Part shown: positions 55,238-64,000 of the stretch, one piece after another
Numbering within the stretch: position 1 is the first letter of the stretch
How the letters are laid out: each line of letters opens with the position of its first letter
Source: Ignavibacteria bacterium
GTDB taxonomy: Bacteria; Bacteroidota; Ignavibacteria; Tepidaquicellales; OLB5
Assembly: GCA_041917655.1 (NCBI GenBank)
Contig: JAYRXC010000013.1
Location: forward strand, 11,886-75,885
DNA: 64,000 bases
Direction: 5' to 3'
Notes under the pieces: model-generated
What the model was told of the DNA's origin: nothing
Database searches by the model: none
What the model saw: only the letters and a program-made list of their open reading frames with translations
Position numbers and translations under genes: made by a program

Positions 55238-55738
55238 TTACATATCTACCTTTATGATTATCTGCTGGATAATGGTTCCCTTATCATCAAAGTCTTTTAA
55301 TGATGTGTACGCTTTTCCGTTCAGGTTATTTTTTATATAGCCAACCACAAGTATATCAGAAACTGTGCCCGATATGGTCATATCTTTATCAGGCGAAGTG
55401 CTCATCAAAAGAGCGTCACCCTTCTGCGTAGCGATTATAAATATACCGAAATACCCTGTCTTGTTATCGGAAGTGAATACCTCTTTTGATTTCAGGCTGG
55501 TTTTGTCTTCTTTGCGGTCATATGTAATTGAGTCTGTTGTTGTTACTTTAACAGAAATGCTGGTGCCGATAAGCGAGTTGAGCTTTTTATATGCGAGCAC
55601 TTCCTTTTTTGCAGGCAGCTCATCAGAATCATATATCTTATACATTTCATCGCACAGCTTCTCAAGATCCAGGCTGCCGGAAAATGAGTTCATTGATAGA
55701 AAAAGTAATATTGTAACTGAATATAGTAAGTATTTCAT
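55238..55738 (-). CDS. hypothetical secreted protein
   Basis: 166 aa with signal peptide 'LLYSVTILLFLSMNSFSG'. No family recognised. Confidence 0.5.
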   Translation of the reverse strand: MKYLLYSVTILLFLSMNSFSGSLDLEKLCDEMYKIYDSDELPAKKEVLAYKKLNSLIGTSISVKVTTTDSITYDRKEDKTSLKSKEVFTSDNKTGYFGIFIIATQKGDALLMSTSPDKDMTISGTVSDILVVGYIKNNLNGKAYTSLKDFDDKGTIIQQIIIKVDM

Positions 55739-55854
55739 ATTGATGATCCGTTAGATTATTTTCCTAAAATTATAGCAATATAAGCTGTTTTAAAATAGAA
55801 AAATTGATGCTGAACTGTTTTTTGTGGTTACAAAAAACTCCCTAAAAACTGTTA

Positions 55855-56832
55855 ATGGATATCTATATATTGCGCACTATGACAAGAGTTAAATCAAGCA
55901 AAAGATTAAACCAGAAGATCGGAATTATCGGTTTTCCCATGGATTTAGGTGCTGACCGCCGCGGTGTTGATATGGGACCTTCGGCACTCAGATATGCCCA
56001 CCTAGAGGAAAAGCTGGAATCGATGGGATACGTGGTTAAAGATTTCGGCGATATATTCGTTGAGGGTTCTGAAACACAGAGGATCAGGAATCCAAAGCTC
56101 AAATACCTGCCTGAAATTGTCAGGTCTTCAAAGATACTCTCAAAAAAAGTTGAAACACTCCTGAACCAGAAATATTTCCCGCTTATACTTGGCGGCGATC
56201 ATGCTACTGCAATCGGAAGCATAGCAGGAATTGCAAACTACTGCAGGAAAAAGAAAAAAACTCTTGGTGTAATATGGATAGATGCACATGCGGATATGAA
56301 TACACCGGAATCAACACCTTCGGGAAATATTCACGGAATGCCGCTTGCAGTTGCTCTTGGCATTGGTGAGCAGAGGCTCGTAAGGCTGGGCGGATTCGCG
56401 CCGAAAGTACTGCCTGAAAACTCTGCGCTTATCGGCATCCGCGATGTTGACCGGGAAGAATCCGAAACCGTGAAACAATTCCGAAACAAAGGAATGCAGG
56501 TTTACACTATGACCGATGTTGATAAACAGGGCGTAACCAGGATAATCGCACGAGTGCTCAACGATTTCAAAAATGAGGTTGACCATATTCATATAAGTTT
56601 TGATCTCGACGGAGTTGACCCTGATTACGCAAGCGGCGTTGGTACGCCTGTTGAAGGCGGCCTCACTTACCGCGAAGCTTCTGTAATTATGGAAATGGTT
56701 GCAGACTGCGGCTGCATGAGCTCGCTGGAAATGCTTGAAGTGAACCCGATTTTGGATACCAAGAATGAAACTGCCGAGCTGGCTGTTGATTTTGTCGAGT
56801 CAGCGCTCGGAAAATCAATTTTGTACGAATAA
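55855..56832 (+). CDS. rocF: arginase (ureohydrolase family; start possibly the ATG at 55879)
   Basis: 'IG.P.DLGA.RRGVDMGPSA(L/I)RYA', 'LGGDH..AIGS', 'W(I/V)DAHADMNT', 'GN.HGMPLA' and 'SFDLD..DP...PG(V/T)GTP'. Confidence 0.85.
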   Translation: MDIYILRTMTRVKSSKRLNQKIGIIGFPMDLGADRRGVDMGPSALRYAHLEEKLESMGYVVKDFGDIFVEGSETQRIRNPKLKYLPEIVRSSKILSKKVETLLNQKYFPLILGGDHATAIGSIAGIANYCRKKKKTLGVIWIDAHADMNTPESTPSGNIHGMPLAVALGIGEQRLVRLGGFAPKVLPENSALIGIRDVDREESETVKQFRNKGMQVYTMTDVDKQGVTRIIARVLNDFKNEVDHIHISFDLDGVDPDYASGVGTPVEGGLTYREASVIMEMVADCGCMSSLEMLEVNPILDTKNETAELAVDFVESALGKSILYE

Positions 56833-56918
56833 TCCCGCAGATAATATTTAACATAAGTAACTCTTCAATTTAACAATTTCTTTTCACTACTCTATAGGCG
56901 GCAGAGCCCGCAATACCG

Positions 56919-57971
56919 ATGACTAAAAAGCCTTTCCTGTTCGATCTGACTTTTGATGAGCTTACCGGCATGATCACCGGGTGGGGCGAGCCTGCTTACC
57001 GCGCTAAACAGATTTGGGAACAGGCGTACAGGATGTTTGTAAGCTCATTTGATGAAATGAGCAATGTTCCCCTTAAGCTTCGTGCTAAGCTTACAGAAGA
57101 GCTGAACTTTTCGCACATTACACCGCACACGGATTTGCTTTCATCTGACGGCCACACACGTAAGATACTTTTCGATCTTCCCGACAGTTCACAGGTTGAA
57201 ACAGTTCTGATGGGGTATTCGGTCCGCCGTACTGCGTGTATTTCCACCCAGGCGGGCTGCGCGCTTGGATGCACATTCTGCGCAACAGGGCAGGGCGGCC
57301 TGCAGCGAAATATAACTTCGGGTGAAATTGTTGAGCAGGTTTTATTCTTCGCAAAAGAGCTTAATAAAAAAGAAGACCGGCTTACCAACCTTGTTTTTAT
57401 GGGAATGGGTGAACCTTTTGCCAACTACAACGAGGTAATGAAGGCAATTGATACTTTGACCGATAGCCGCGGATTCAATTTCGGCGCAAGAAGAATTACT
57501 GTAAGTACCGTTGGACTTGTACCTATGATCCACAAATTTGCCGAAGCCAACAACCAGGTTAATCTTGCAGTATCATTGCATGCAGCAACCGATGAGCTGC
57601 GTGAATCAATGCTACCTGTTAATAAACGCTATCCAATTGAAGTGCTGATGAATGCCTGCAGGGATTATGTTAACACCACAAACCGCCGCATTAGCTTTGA
57701 ATGGGCGTTGATAGACGGCGTCAATGATTCCGCTGAGCAGGCAAGGGAGCTTGTGAAGCTGATAAAAGGTATGACATGCCATGTGAATTTTATTCCGCTT
57801 AATCCAACCCGAGGATTTAAAGGTAACGAGTCACACCAAAAAAGGATAGATACATTCCGCAAGATTCTCGAAGGCGCAGGTATCCCGAACACACTCAGGA
57901 TCCGCCGCGGAATTGATATTAATGCCGGCTGCGGCCAGCTAAGGCAGGAAGCAGAGAAAAGCAGTAAATAG
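56919..57971 (+). CDS. rlmN: 23S rRNA/tRNA (adenine-C2)-methyltransferase RlmN
   Basis: 'YRAKQIW', radical-SAM 'C.LGC.FCATG', 'N.VFMGMGEP' and 'INAGCGQL'. Confidence 0.9.
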   Translation: MTKKPFLFDLTFDELTGMITGWGEPAYRAKQIWEQAYRMFVSSFDEMSNVPLKLRAKLTEELNFSHITPHTDLLSSDGHTRKILFDLPDSSQVETVLMGYSVRRTACISTQAGCALGCTFCATGQGGLQRNITSGEIVEQVLFFAKELNKKEDRLTNLVFMGMGEPFANYNEVMKAIDTLTDSRGFNFGARRITVSTVGLVPMIHKFAEANNQVNLAVSLHAATDELRESMLPVNKRYPIEVLMNACRDYVNTTNRRISFEWALIDGVNDSAEQARELVKLIKGMTCHVNFIPLNPTRGFKGNESHQKRIDTFRKILEGAGIPNTLRIRRGIDINAGCGQLRQEAEKSSK

Positions 57972-58207
57972 GCAATTGAAGTTCCCGAAAACTTCTTAAA
58001 TAATATTTTACATATATTTACCTTGCTAACATAAATCATGTTTTATTGTGACCTATATTATATTTATTTTGCGCAAAAAATGCTATTTTACATAGTGAAA
58101 ATTAAAGGTGTAAATATACCGGCTTCATTGCTTCTATTTCACCCTGATCTGACAAATTTCATAATGTTAAATTTTCCCGATTGTTAAACTAAAATTTTTG
58201 AAACAAT

Positions 58208-59881
58208 ATGCCTACAGATAAACGTATTGAAGACCTGTTGACCCTGCACAAAATGAGAGAAACTGCCAAGCTTGGAGGCGGAGAGAAAAGAATTAAGTCG
58301 CAGCATGCAAAAGGTAAATACCTTGCCAGGGAAAGAATATATATGCTGCTGGATCCCGGCACATTTGAAGAGTATGACGCATTTGTTACGCACCGCACAC
58401 ATGATTTTGATATGCAAAAGCAGATATTCCTTGGCGACGGTGTAATTACAGGAAGCGGAAAAATTGAAGGACGCACAGTATTTGTATTCAGCCAGGATTT
58501 CACGGTGTTCGGCGGATCGCTTTCGCAGGCGCATGCCGAAAAGATCTGCAAGATAATGGATATGGCAGAAAAGGTTGGCGCACCGGTTATTGGTTTGAAC
58601 GATTCAGGCGGCGCAAGGATTCAGGAAGGCGTTGTATCGCTCGGCGGATACGCTGATATTTTCCTCCGCAATACACTGATGTCAGGAGTTATTCCGCAGA
58701 TATCTGCTATCATGGGACCCTGCGCAGGCGGCGCGGTTTATTCACCAGCCATTACGGATTTTATCCTGATGGTAAAGAACAAGAGCCATATGTTCGTAAC
58801 CGGTCCGAATGTTGTAAAGACGGTTACCCATGAGGAAGTTTCATTTGAAGATCTTGGCGGCGCTAAAACGCATTCAGTTAAATCAGGCGTTACCAACTTC
58901 GCATGTGAAGATGAAAAACAATGCCTGCAGTATATCCGCAAGCTTATTTCATACATGCCGCAGAACTGGCGCGAAAAAACTCCGGAGAAAATTCCGGTTG
59001 ATGCGCCCGACAGGCTTGAAATGGAACTGAACCATGTGATACCCGAAGATAACACCAGGCCTTATGATATGAAAAAGATCATCCAGCTTGTTGTTGACCT
59101 TGAGGATAAGCCTGTAACCGAGTTTGATGAAGAGGTTGAAAAAGGCGCGAAGAAAGATAAAAAAGCTAAAGCTAAATCAGAGCCGGATGAAGTACAGGGA
59201 CACCCCGGAAAAGTATCAAGCTTTTTCGAAACACACGCGCTTTATGCTCCGAATATCATCACAGGTTTCGCAAGGCTTGATGGTATAGCTGTTGGAGTGG
59301 TTGCAAACCAGCCCAGCAAAATGGCAGGTGTTCTGGATATCGATTCTTCTGTGAAGGGCGCAAGATTCGTAAGGTTTTGTGACGCGTTCAATATTCCGCT
59401 GGTAGTATTTGAAGATGTTCCCGGGTTCATGCCCGGTACATTCCAGGAATGGCGCGGCATCATTAAACAGGGCGCAAAGCTGCTTTATGCATTCGCAGAG
59501 GCAACTGTTCCGAAATTAACTGTTATCACCCGCAAAGCTTACGGCGGCGCATATGATGTGATGAACTCAAAACATATCCGCGCGGATTATAACGTAGCAT
59601 GGCCCGGAGCGGAGATCGCTGTAATGGGTTCCGCCGGCGCTGCTGAAATTATTTTCAAGAAAGAGATCGATTCAGCAAAGGACCCGAAGAAGGCATTCAA
59701 TGAAAAGGTTGAAGAGTATAAACAGAAATTTGCCAATCCGTACGAAGCGGCAAGATTCGGTTATATCGATGACGTAATTGAGCCTTCAGAAACCAGGATA
59801 AAGCTGATTAAAGCTTTGAGGATGCTGCAAACCAAAGTGCAGTCAAACCCGAAGAAGAAACACGGCAATATCCCGCTGTAA
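58208..59881 (+). CDS. acyl-CoA carboxylase carboxyltransferase subunit (propionyl-CoA carboxylase beta / methylmalonyl-CoA decarboxylase alpha type) with a Lys-rich ~40-aa insert
   Basis: 'GGGEKRI..QH.KGK..ARERI..LLD.G(T/S)F.E', 'F(V/A)FSQDFTV.GGSL', '[13 protein letters not shown]', '[12 protein letters not shown]', 'GFARL.G..VG(V/I)VANQP' and 'RKAYGGAY'. Confidence 0.88.
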   Translation: MPTDKRIEDLLTLHKMRETAKLGGGEKRIKSQHAKGKYLARERIYMLLDPGTFEEYDAFVTHRTHDFDMQKQIFLGDGVITGSGKIEGRTVFVFSQDFTVFGGSLSQAHAEKICKIMDMAEKVGAPVIGLNDSGGARIQEGVVSLGGYADIFLRNTLMSGVIPQISAIMGPCAGGAVYSPAITDFILMVKNKSHMFVTGPNVVKTVTHEEVSFEDLGGAKTHSVKSGVTNFACEDEKQCLQYIRKLISYMPQNWREKTPEKIPVDAPDRLEMELNHVIPEDNTRPYDMKKIIQLVVDLEDKPVTEFDEEVEKGAKKDKKAKAKSEPDEVQGHPGKVSSFFETHALYAPNIITGFARLDGIAVGVVANQPSKMAGVLDIDSSVKGARFVRFCDAFNIPLVVFEDVPGFMPGTFQEWRGIIKQGAKLLYAFAEATVPKLTVITRKAYGGAYDVMNSKHIRADYNVAWPGAEIAVMGSAGAAEIIFKKEIDSAKDPKKAFNEKVEEYKQKFANPYEAARFGYIDDVIEPSETRIKLIKALRMLQTKVQSNPKKKHGNIPL

Positions 59882-59906
59882 GGTTAACAAACAATTCATA
59901 ATTAAC

Positions 59907-59936
59907 AAAAAGGCATTCTTATGAATGCCTTTTTTG
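59907..59936 (+). terminator. rho-independent terminator
   Basis: AGGCATTC (59911-18) / GAATGCCT (59923-30) with an A-run before and TTTTT after. Confidence 0.7.
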
Positions 59937-59960
59937 TAATACTCTGCGTCTCTGCGGTTA

Positions 59961-59986
59961 AAAGATTCCCGCCTTCGCGGGAATGA
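59961..59986 (-). terminator. hairpin terminator of the 59991..60791 gene
   Basis: ATTCCCGC (59965-72) / GCGGGAAT (59977-84). The minus strand continues TCTTTT. Confidence 0.5.
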
Positions 59987-59990
59987 CAAA

Positions 59991-60791
59991 CTACTTAAAT
60001 CCGGGTTCGAAGATTCTTTTTATTCCTGCCGCTTTGCCGGTTTGAGTATCGATGTTCACCACTACCGCGCTGATCTTTACATCGCCGGTTGCGACATCTG
60101 TCTTATGCGGTGTCTGGTAGTAGAATCTCGCAATGGAGGCATCTTTATTGCCGCCTATGACGCCATCGAATGCGCCTGTCATACCTACATCAGTTATGAA
60201 TGCTGTACCGCCGGGCATGATCCTTTCGTCTGATGTCTGCACATGTGTATGCGTGCCGACTACCGCGCTGACTTTTCCATCCATATACCAGCCGAATGCG
60301 ATCTTCTCCGCAGTTGCTTCGCCGTGGAAGTCCACAAATATGAGGTTGGTTTCCTTCTTAAGCCTCTCTGCTATTTTATTAGCTGTGCGGAAAGGGCAGT
60401 TAAGCGTTGAAATATAAACTCTTCCCATTACATTCACCACCGCAAGCTTGAACAGGCCGCCATCAACTGTCACCGGGTAAACCTGGAAACCCCTGCCGTA
60501 AACATCTTCGTGGTGGTTAGCGGGTCTAAGCATCCGGGCATCATCTTTCAGTATGTTAACCGACTGCAGCTTACTGAAAGTGTGATTCCCGCCCGTCATA
60601 CAATTAATACCGGCATCGTATGCGCGCTTAACATCCTTATCAAGGAAGCCCTTGCCCCCGGAAAGATTCTCGCCGTTGGCAATTACAAAATGAATGCCGT
60701 GCTTTTCAACCAGCTTCTTCAGGTTGTCTTCCACGTATTTCAAACCGGGCTCACCGATTATATCGCCTATGAATAATATATTTAGATTCAA
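59991..60791 (-). CDS. YmdB-like metallophosphoesterase (TIGR00282 family)
   Basis: 'LNILFIGDIIG.PG', 'ANGEN...GKG', 'T.GNH(T/I)', 'DFH(G/A)EAT(A/S)EK' and 'GTHTHV.T.DE.I'. TTG start. Confidence 0.85.
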   Translation of the reverse strand: MNLNILFIGDIIGEPGLKYVEDNLKKLVEKHGIHFVIANGENLSGGKGFLDKDVKRAYDAGINCMTGGNHTFSKLQSVNILKDDARMLRPANHHEDVYGRGFQVYPVTVDGGLFKLAVVNVMGRVYISTLNCPFRTANKIAERLKKETNLIFVDFHGEATAEKIAFGWYMDGKVSAVVGTHTHVQTSDERIMPGGTAFITDVGMTGAFDGVIGGNKDASIARFYYQTPHKTDVATGDVKISAVVVNIDTQTGKAAGIKRIFEPGFK

Positions 60792-60825
60792 TTTACAATT
60801 ATCAATTTACAATTTTCAATTAATT
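60788..60825. repeat. 14-nt tandem repeat (2.7 copies) overlapping the start codon and promoter region of the YmdB-like gene
   Basis: TCAATTTACAATT (60788-800), A, TCAATTTACAATT (60802-14), T, TCAATTAATT (60816-25). Confidence 0.6.
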
Positions 60826-60919
60826 CGTTGGGTTCTCTCTGAGCAATAGCAACGTGCAATAACAGTTGTTAATTGTTTATTGCTAATTTTACATTGCTAA
60901 CTGCTCATTGCCTGTTATA

Positions 60920-61753
60920 TCAATAACTCTCAGACTTATTCGGAAACTTCTGAGCTTTCACATCTTTTATATAGCTTCGGAACGCATTTTTTGACTGCTC
61001 CGCGATGTTCAGGTACTTCCTCACAAACCGCGGGTGGAACATCTCTGTCATTCCAAGCATATCGTGTGTTACCAGAATCTGCCCATCGCAGTTGATCCCT
61101 GCGCCAATGCCGATAGTTGGTATCTTAAGCGACTTTGTTACTTTTTTAGCGAGCGTCGCAGGTATCTTTTCAAGCACTATCCCAAAACATCCCGCCTGTT
61201 CAAGTATCTTCGCGTCTTTCTGTATCTGTGCTGCTTCCTTCGGATCTGTGCCGCGGGTAACATAAGTGCCGAAAATGTTTATTGATTGAGGCGTTAAGCC
61301 TAAATGCCCCATTACGGGAATTCCAACTTTGATCAAATGGTTCACAACTTCTGCTATTCTCTCGCCGCCTTCAAGCTTCACCGCATCCGCACCGGTTTCC
61401 TTCATAACCCTTCCGCAGTTACGTACTGATTCCTTCAGGTCAACGTGGTAACTCATAAACGGAAGATCTACAACCAAGAGTGCAGTGCTGACAGCCTTTC
61501 TTACGATCTTTGCATGGTAAATAATTTCATCAAGCGTGACAGTTAACGTGGTTGCATTTCCCTGTATAACGTTCCCAAGCGAGTCGCCCACAAGCATAAC
61601 GTCAATCCCTGCCTCATCAAGGTACTTCGCCATCAGGTAATCGTACGCAGTTAATGCCGAAATTTTCTCGCCGCGCTGTTTCATTGTGACGAGAGTTTTG
61701 GTGGTGATCTTTTTCCTTGCCGGCTTGTTTGAGGGAATCGTGTTATCGGCCAT
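60920..61753 (-). CDS. panB: 3-methyl-2-oxobutanoate hydroxymethyltransferase
   Basis: 'L..MK..GEKI..LTAYD', 'VGDSLG(N/M)V.QG', 'D(L/M)PF.SY', 'GA.AVK(L/I)EGG' and 'GHLGLTPQS'. Confidence 0.9.
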   Translation of the reverse strand: MADNTIPSNKPARKKITTKTLVTMKQRGEKISALTAYDYLMAKYLDEAGIDVMLVGDSLGNVIQGNATTLTVTLDEIIYHAKIVRKAVSTALLVVDLPFMSYHVDLKESVRNCGRVMKETGADAVKLEGGERIAEVVNHLIKVGIPVMGHLGLTPQSINIFGTYVTRGTDPKEAAQIQKDAKILEQAGCFGIVLEKIPATLAKKVTKSLKIPTIGIGAGINCDGQILVTHDMLGMTEMFHPRFVRKYLNIAEQSKNAFRSYIKDVKAQKFPNKSESY

Positions 61754-61764
61754 TATGGTAACTG

Positions 61765-62619
61765 TTAGTTCATTATGAATGGTGACTTCATCCGTGGTTC
61801 GATGAAATCTGCAACCCTGTTGATGGAGCTGAAGCTTATATCAAAGCTCTTTTTGAATCCGTTAAATACTGCTTCGGCAGTTTCCGCGTATGTAATCGGC
61901 CTGCCGGCTATTGCGCTGAGGTTATGTGTCTTAACATCAATTTCCTTCAGCATCTTCTGCCGTTCTGCGCCTGTAACATTGAGGTAATTTACAATATTCC
62001 TGTGGTGGCTGCCGATCAATATCGAACCGTGCTGCAGAACAATATCTCCGAACTTGCGCTGTGCGCTGCCTACAAGCTTTCTGCCTTTATAATTTATCTC
62101 GTATTTTACCGCGCTGTTGAAACACAGGTTATACATTCCCGTCCTTATAAGCTTCAGCAGGTCCGGGGTATCTTTTGTGAATGATAACTTTTCAAATTTC
62201 GGGTCAATGGTTCTAAGCCCTTCCAGCAAGCCAAGCGATATATCCCTGTAAAGATCGCGGACAGGTTTTGATGAGCGGAACACTACTGAATAAGTAAGCT
62301 CTTCGGAGTGCAAAACAGCTCTGCCGCCGGTTGGACGGGTAACAATATCCAATCCCTCGGCTTTACATTTGTTGTAATCTATATTTACTTCGCTTGCGAA
62401 GCGTGTTTGGTTGTAGCCAAGCGAGATTGCGTAAGGCTTCCAGCGGTAAAATCTCAGGAAAGCTGTATCTTCATCCCTGCATCTGTCAACAAGCCGCAGG
62501 TCTAGATCCATATTAAAAGTGCCGGAGCGAAAGCCGGAATCTATGAACTCCCACTTTTTGTTTTCGCCCAGGGCGCTTTTGCCCTTATTTTCTGATGATT
62601 CCCCGTTCACTGTTTTCAA
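61765..62619 (-). CDS. lipoate-protein ligase / octanoyltransferase-family protein (BPL/LPL catalytic domain)
   Basis: 'W.FIDSG...G..NM.LD..L', 'LRFY.W.P.AISLGY.Q', 'RPTGGRAVLH..ELTYS' and 'GRKLVGSAQRK'. Confidence 0.75.
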   Translation of the reverse strand: MKTVNGESSENKGKSALGENKKWEFIDSGFRSGTFNMDLDLRLVDRCRDEDTAFLRFYRWKPYAISLGYNQTRFASEVNIDYNKCKAEGLDIVTRPTGGRAVLHSEELTYSVVFRSSKPVRDLYRDISLGLLEGLRTIDPKFEKLSFTKDTPDLLKLIRTGMYNLCFNSAVKYEINYKGRKLVGSAQRKFGDIVLQHGSILIGSHHRNIVNYLNVTGAERQKMLKEIDVKTHNLSAIAGRPITYAETAEAVFNGFKKSFDISFSSINRVADFIEPRMKSPFIMN

Positions 62620-63361
62620 TAAAAGTAACTATATTCTGAACTTCTTCGGTCATTGGCACGGTATCTTTAACTGCTTTGATAGCGTCACTGATATTGTATT
62701 CCGGGCCATAGATAAGGTTGTATGTATTTTTTATGTTGCGTATCTGTTCGTCTGAAAATCCCCTGCGCTTAAGTCCAACTACATTAAGTCCTTTGTATCC
62801 TAACGGTGCGCCGCCTGCAAGCACATAGGGCGGAACGTCCTGTGTAACCCTTGCGCTGAAAGCTATGAATGAATGCGCGCCAATGTGCACGAACTGGTGA
62901 ACACCTACCATTCCGCCGACAATTGCCCAGTCGTCAACAACAACATGGCCGCCCATGTTAATTGCGTTGGAAAGTATCACGTTGTTACCGATTATGGAAT
63001 CGTGGGGAATGTGGACATAAGACATTATATAGCAATTGCTTCCCACAACAGTTTTGTTGCGGGCCTTGGTGCCGCGGCTTATAGTGGCAAATTCTCTTAC
63101 TACAGTATTTTCGCCTATCTCAACAGTTGTAATTTCACCTGTAAACTTAAGGTCCTGCGGTTCGCCGCCAATAATGGCGGAATGAAAAACCCTCACACCT
63201 TTGGAAAGCGTGGTGCCGGAGTGTATCAGCACGCTGCCGTGAATTTCAGCATTATCAGCTATTGAGACGTTATCTTCTATGATAGAGAACGGCCCAACAG
63301 AAACATTGCTGCCAATTGAGGCGTTTGGTGAAATTATAGCTTTATCGCTGATGTTGCTCAT
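62585..63361 (-). CDS. lpxA: acyl-ACP--UDP-N-acetylglucosamine O-acyltransferase
   Basis: Hexapeptide repeats, 'GG.PQDLKF.GE', 'IGN.N...........HDS.IGN', 'GLN..GL(K/R)R.GF' and a helical C-terminal domain. Confidence 0.9.
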   Translation of the reverse strand: MSNISDKAIISPNASIGSNVSVGPFSIIEDNVSIADNAEIHGSVLIHSGTTLSKGVRVFHSAIIGGEPQDLKFTGEITTVEIGENTVVREFATISRGTKARNKTVVGSNCYIMSYVHIPHDSIIGNNVILSNAINMGGHVVVDDWAIVGGMVGVHQFVHIGAHSFIAFSARVTQDVPPYVLAGGAPLGYKGLNVVGLKRRGFSDEQIRNIKNTYNLIYGPEYNISDAIKAVKDTVPMTEEVQNIVTFIENSERGIIRK

Positions 63362-63419
63362 AGTGTGAAAATTGTATTTCCGGATTTGTGAATTTTCAGG
63401 GTTTACAGAATTAAGCCGG

Positions 63420-64000
63420 TTACCCCAGTGTTTTATCTATTATAACATTATCATCCGCTGCGGAGTTTTTGGTGATCATCTCTCCGATCAAACCGATCGA
63501 AAAGAACTGGACACCCACAATAGCCATAAGTATCCCCACAAAGAAGAGCGGCCTGCCGCTGATGGGGGTTGATTCAGCAAATTTCAGGATCGTTAAATAA
63601 ACCAAAATCCCGAATCCGGCGATGCAGCTTAGTACTCCGAAGAATCCGAATAAATGCAGAGGGCGCTTAATATATTTCGTTGTGAACAGAACTGTTATCA
63701 GGTCGAACATTCCGTTAAAGAATCTGGAAAGCCCGTATTTTGTATGTCCGTATTTTCTTTCGTGATGCGTTACAGCCATCTCGGTGACTTTGTAGCCTGA
63801 TAGATGGGCAAGCGCCGGAATGTAACGGTGCATTTCGCCGTAAACTTTAACGTTCTTTACTACGTCCTTTACATAAGCTTTCAGCCCGCAGTTAAAATCA
63901 TGCAGCTTAAGGCCAACCATCATACTTGTAACGCCGTTGAATATCTTTGAGGTGTGTTTTTTGATGAACGGGTCATGACGCACTTTTTTCCAGCCGGATA
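63420..64000 (-). CDS. family-2 glycosyltransferase (polyprenyl-phosphate sugar transferase type), 5'-truncated by the window edge
   Basis: 'LHDFNCGLKAY', 'GEMHR(Y/F)IP.LA...G(Y/F)KV.E..V.H..R..G.(T/S)KY' and two C-terminal TM helices. The frame stays open through nt 64000. Confidence 0.7.
   Translation of the reverse strand, partial: SGWKKVRHDPFIKKHTSKIFNGVTSMMVGLKLHDFNCGLKAYVKDVVKNVKVYGEMHRYIPALAHLSGYKVTEMAVTHHERKYGHTKYGLSRFFNGMFDLITVLFTTKYIKRPLHLFGFFGVLSCIAGFGILVYLTILKFAESTPISGRPLFFVGILMAIVGVQFFSIGLIGEMITKNSAADDNVIIDKTLG

Noticed and set aside
60004-60011. tRNA T-loop-like GGTTCGAA, and GGTCGAAT next to both double-hairpin modules (26630-26637 and 43050-43057)
   Set aside because: The first lies inside the YmdB-like CDS. 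None of the three has an acceptor, D or anticodon arm that I can fold. I found no tRNA, tmRNA, RNase P or rRNA signatures in the window.
62585-62619. 35-nt overlap between the lpxA 3' end and the lipoate-ligase-family gene start, considered as a possible frameshift or fusion
   Set aside because: Both frames are intact with family motifs to their ends. The overlap most likely reflects start-codon choice (the conserved 'KKWEFIDSG' begins 20 codons in). There is no evidence of a frameshift.

Overview
This 64-kb window looks chromosomal and comes from a Gram-negative bacterium of the FCB group. It has type IX secretion (T9SS) and seven proteins with the 'NYPNPFNP...KM.L.K' C-terminal sorting domain (CTD). 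Gene content and occasional AGGAGG ribosome-binding sites suggest an Ignavibacteria- or Bacteroidota-like organism, but the taxon cannot be fixed from sequence alone. I support about 55 protein genes and found no rRNA, tRNA, CRISPR array, integrase or transposase.

Most genes are housekeeping: sucD, folB-folK, a deoxynucleoside kinase, dtd, prmC, pdxA, ftsE, metF, ddl, ftsB, rarA, a ROK kinase, arginase, rlmN, an acyl-CoA carboxyltransferase, panB and lpxA.

The less ordinary content is:
1. A porU-porV operon whose third gene is a 1038-aa CTD protein. It has an M6-peptidase-like domain lacking the HExxH residues, plus FG-GAP repeats. A processive GT2 synthase follows, and a promoter/terminator leader precedes the operon.
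2. Two paralogous all-helical proteins of about 490 aa and unrecognised family, each transcribed divergently from T9SS cargo genes.
3. Lys/Ala-rich histone-H1-like additions on two CoA-dependent enzymes: a tail of about 99 aa on SucD and an insert of about 40 aa in the carboxyltransferase.
4. Intergenic regions packed with GC-rich hairpin repeats. These include a conserved 100-nt double-hairpin module present twice, a 228-bp MITE-like element with terminal inverted repeats and a 9-bp target-site duplication, and a G11 tract.
5. Two relics of gene 3' ends. One bounds an AT-rich 2.1-kb segment carrying a T9SS cargo gene.
6. A small antitoxin/PIN toxin pair.

I see no clear, complete novel multi-gene system. 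The T9SS-linked items (1 and 2) are the best candidates. All family calls are by-eye motif recognition and need HMM or structure checks.
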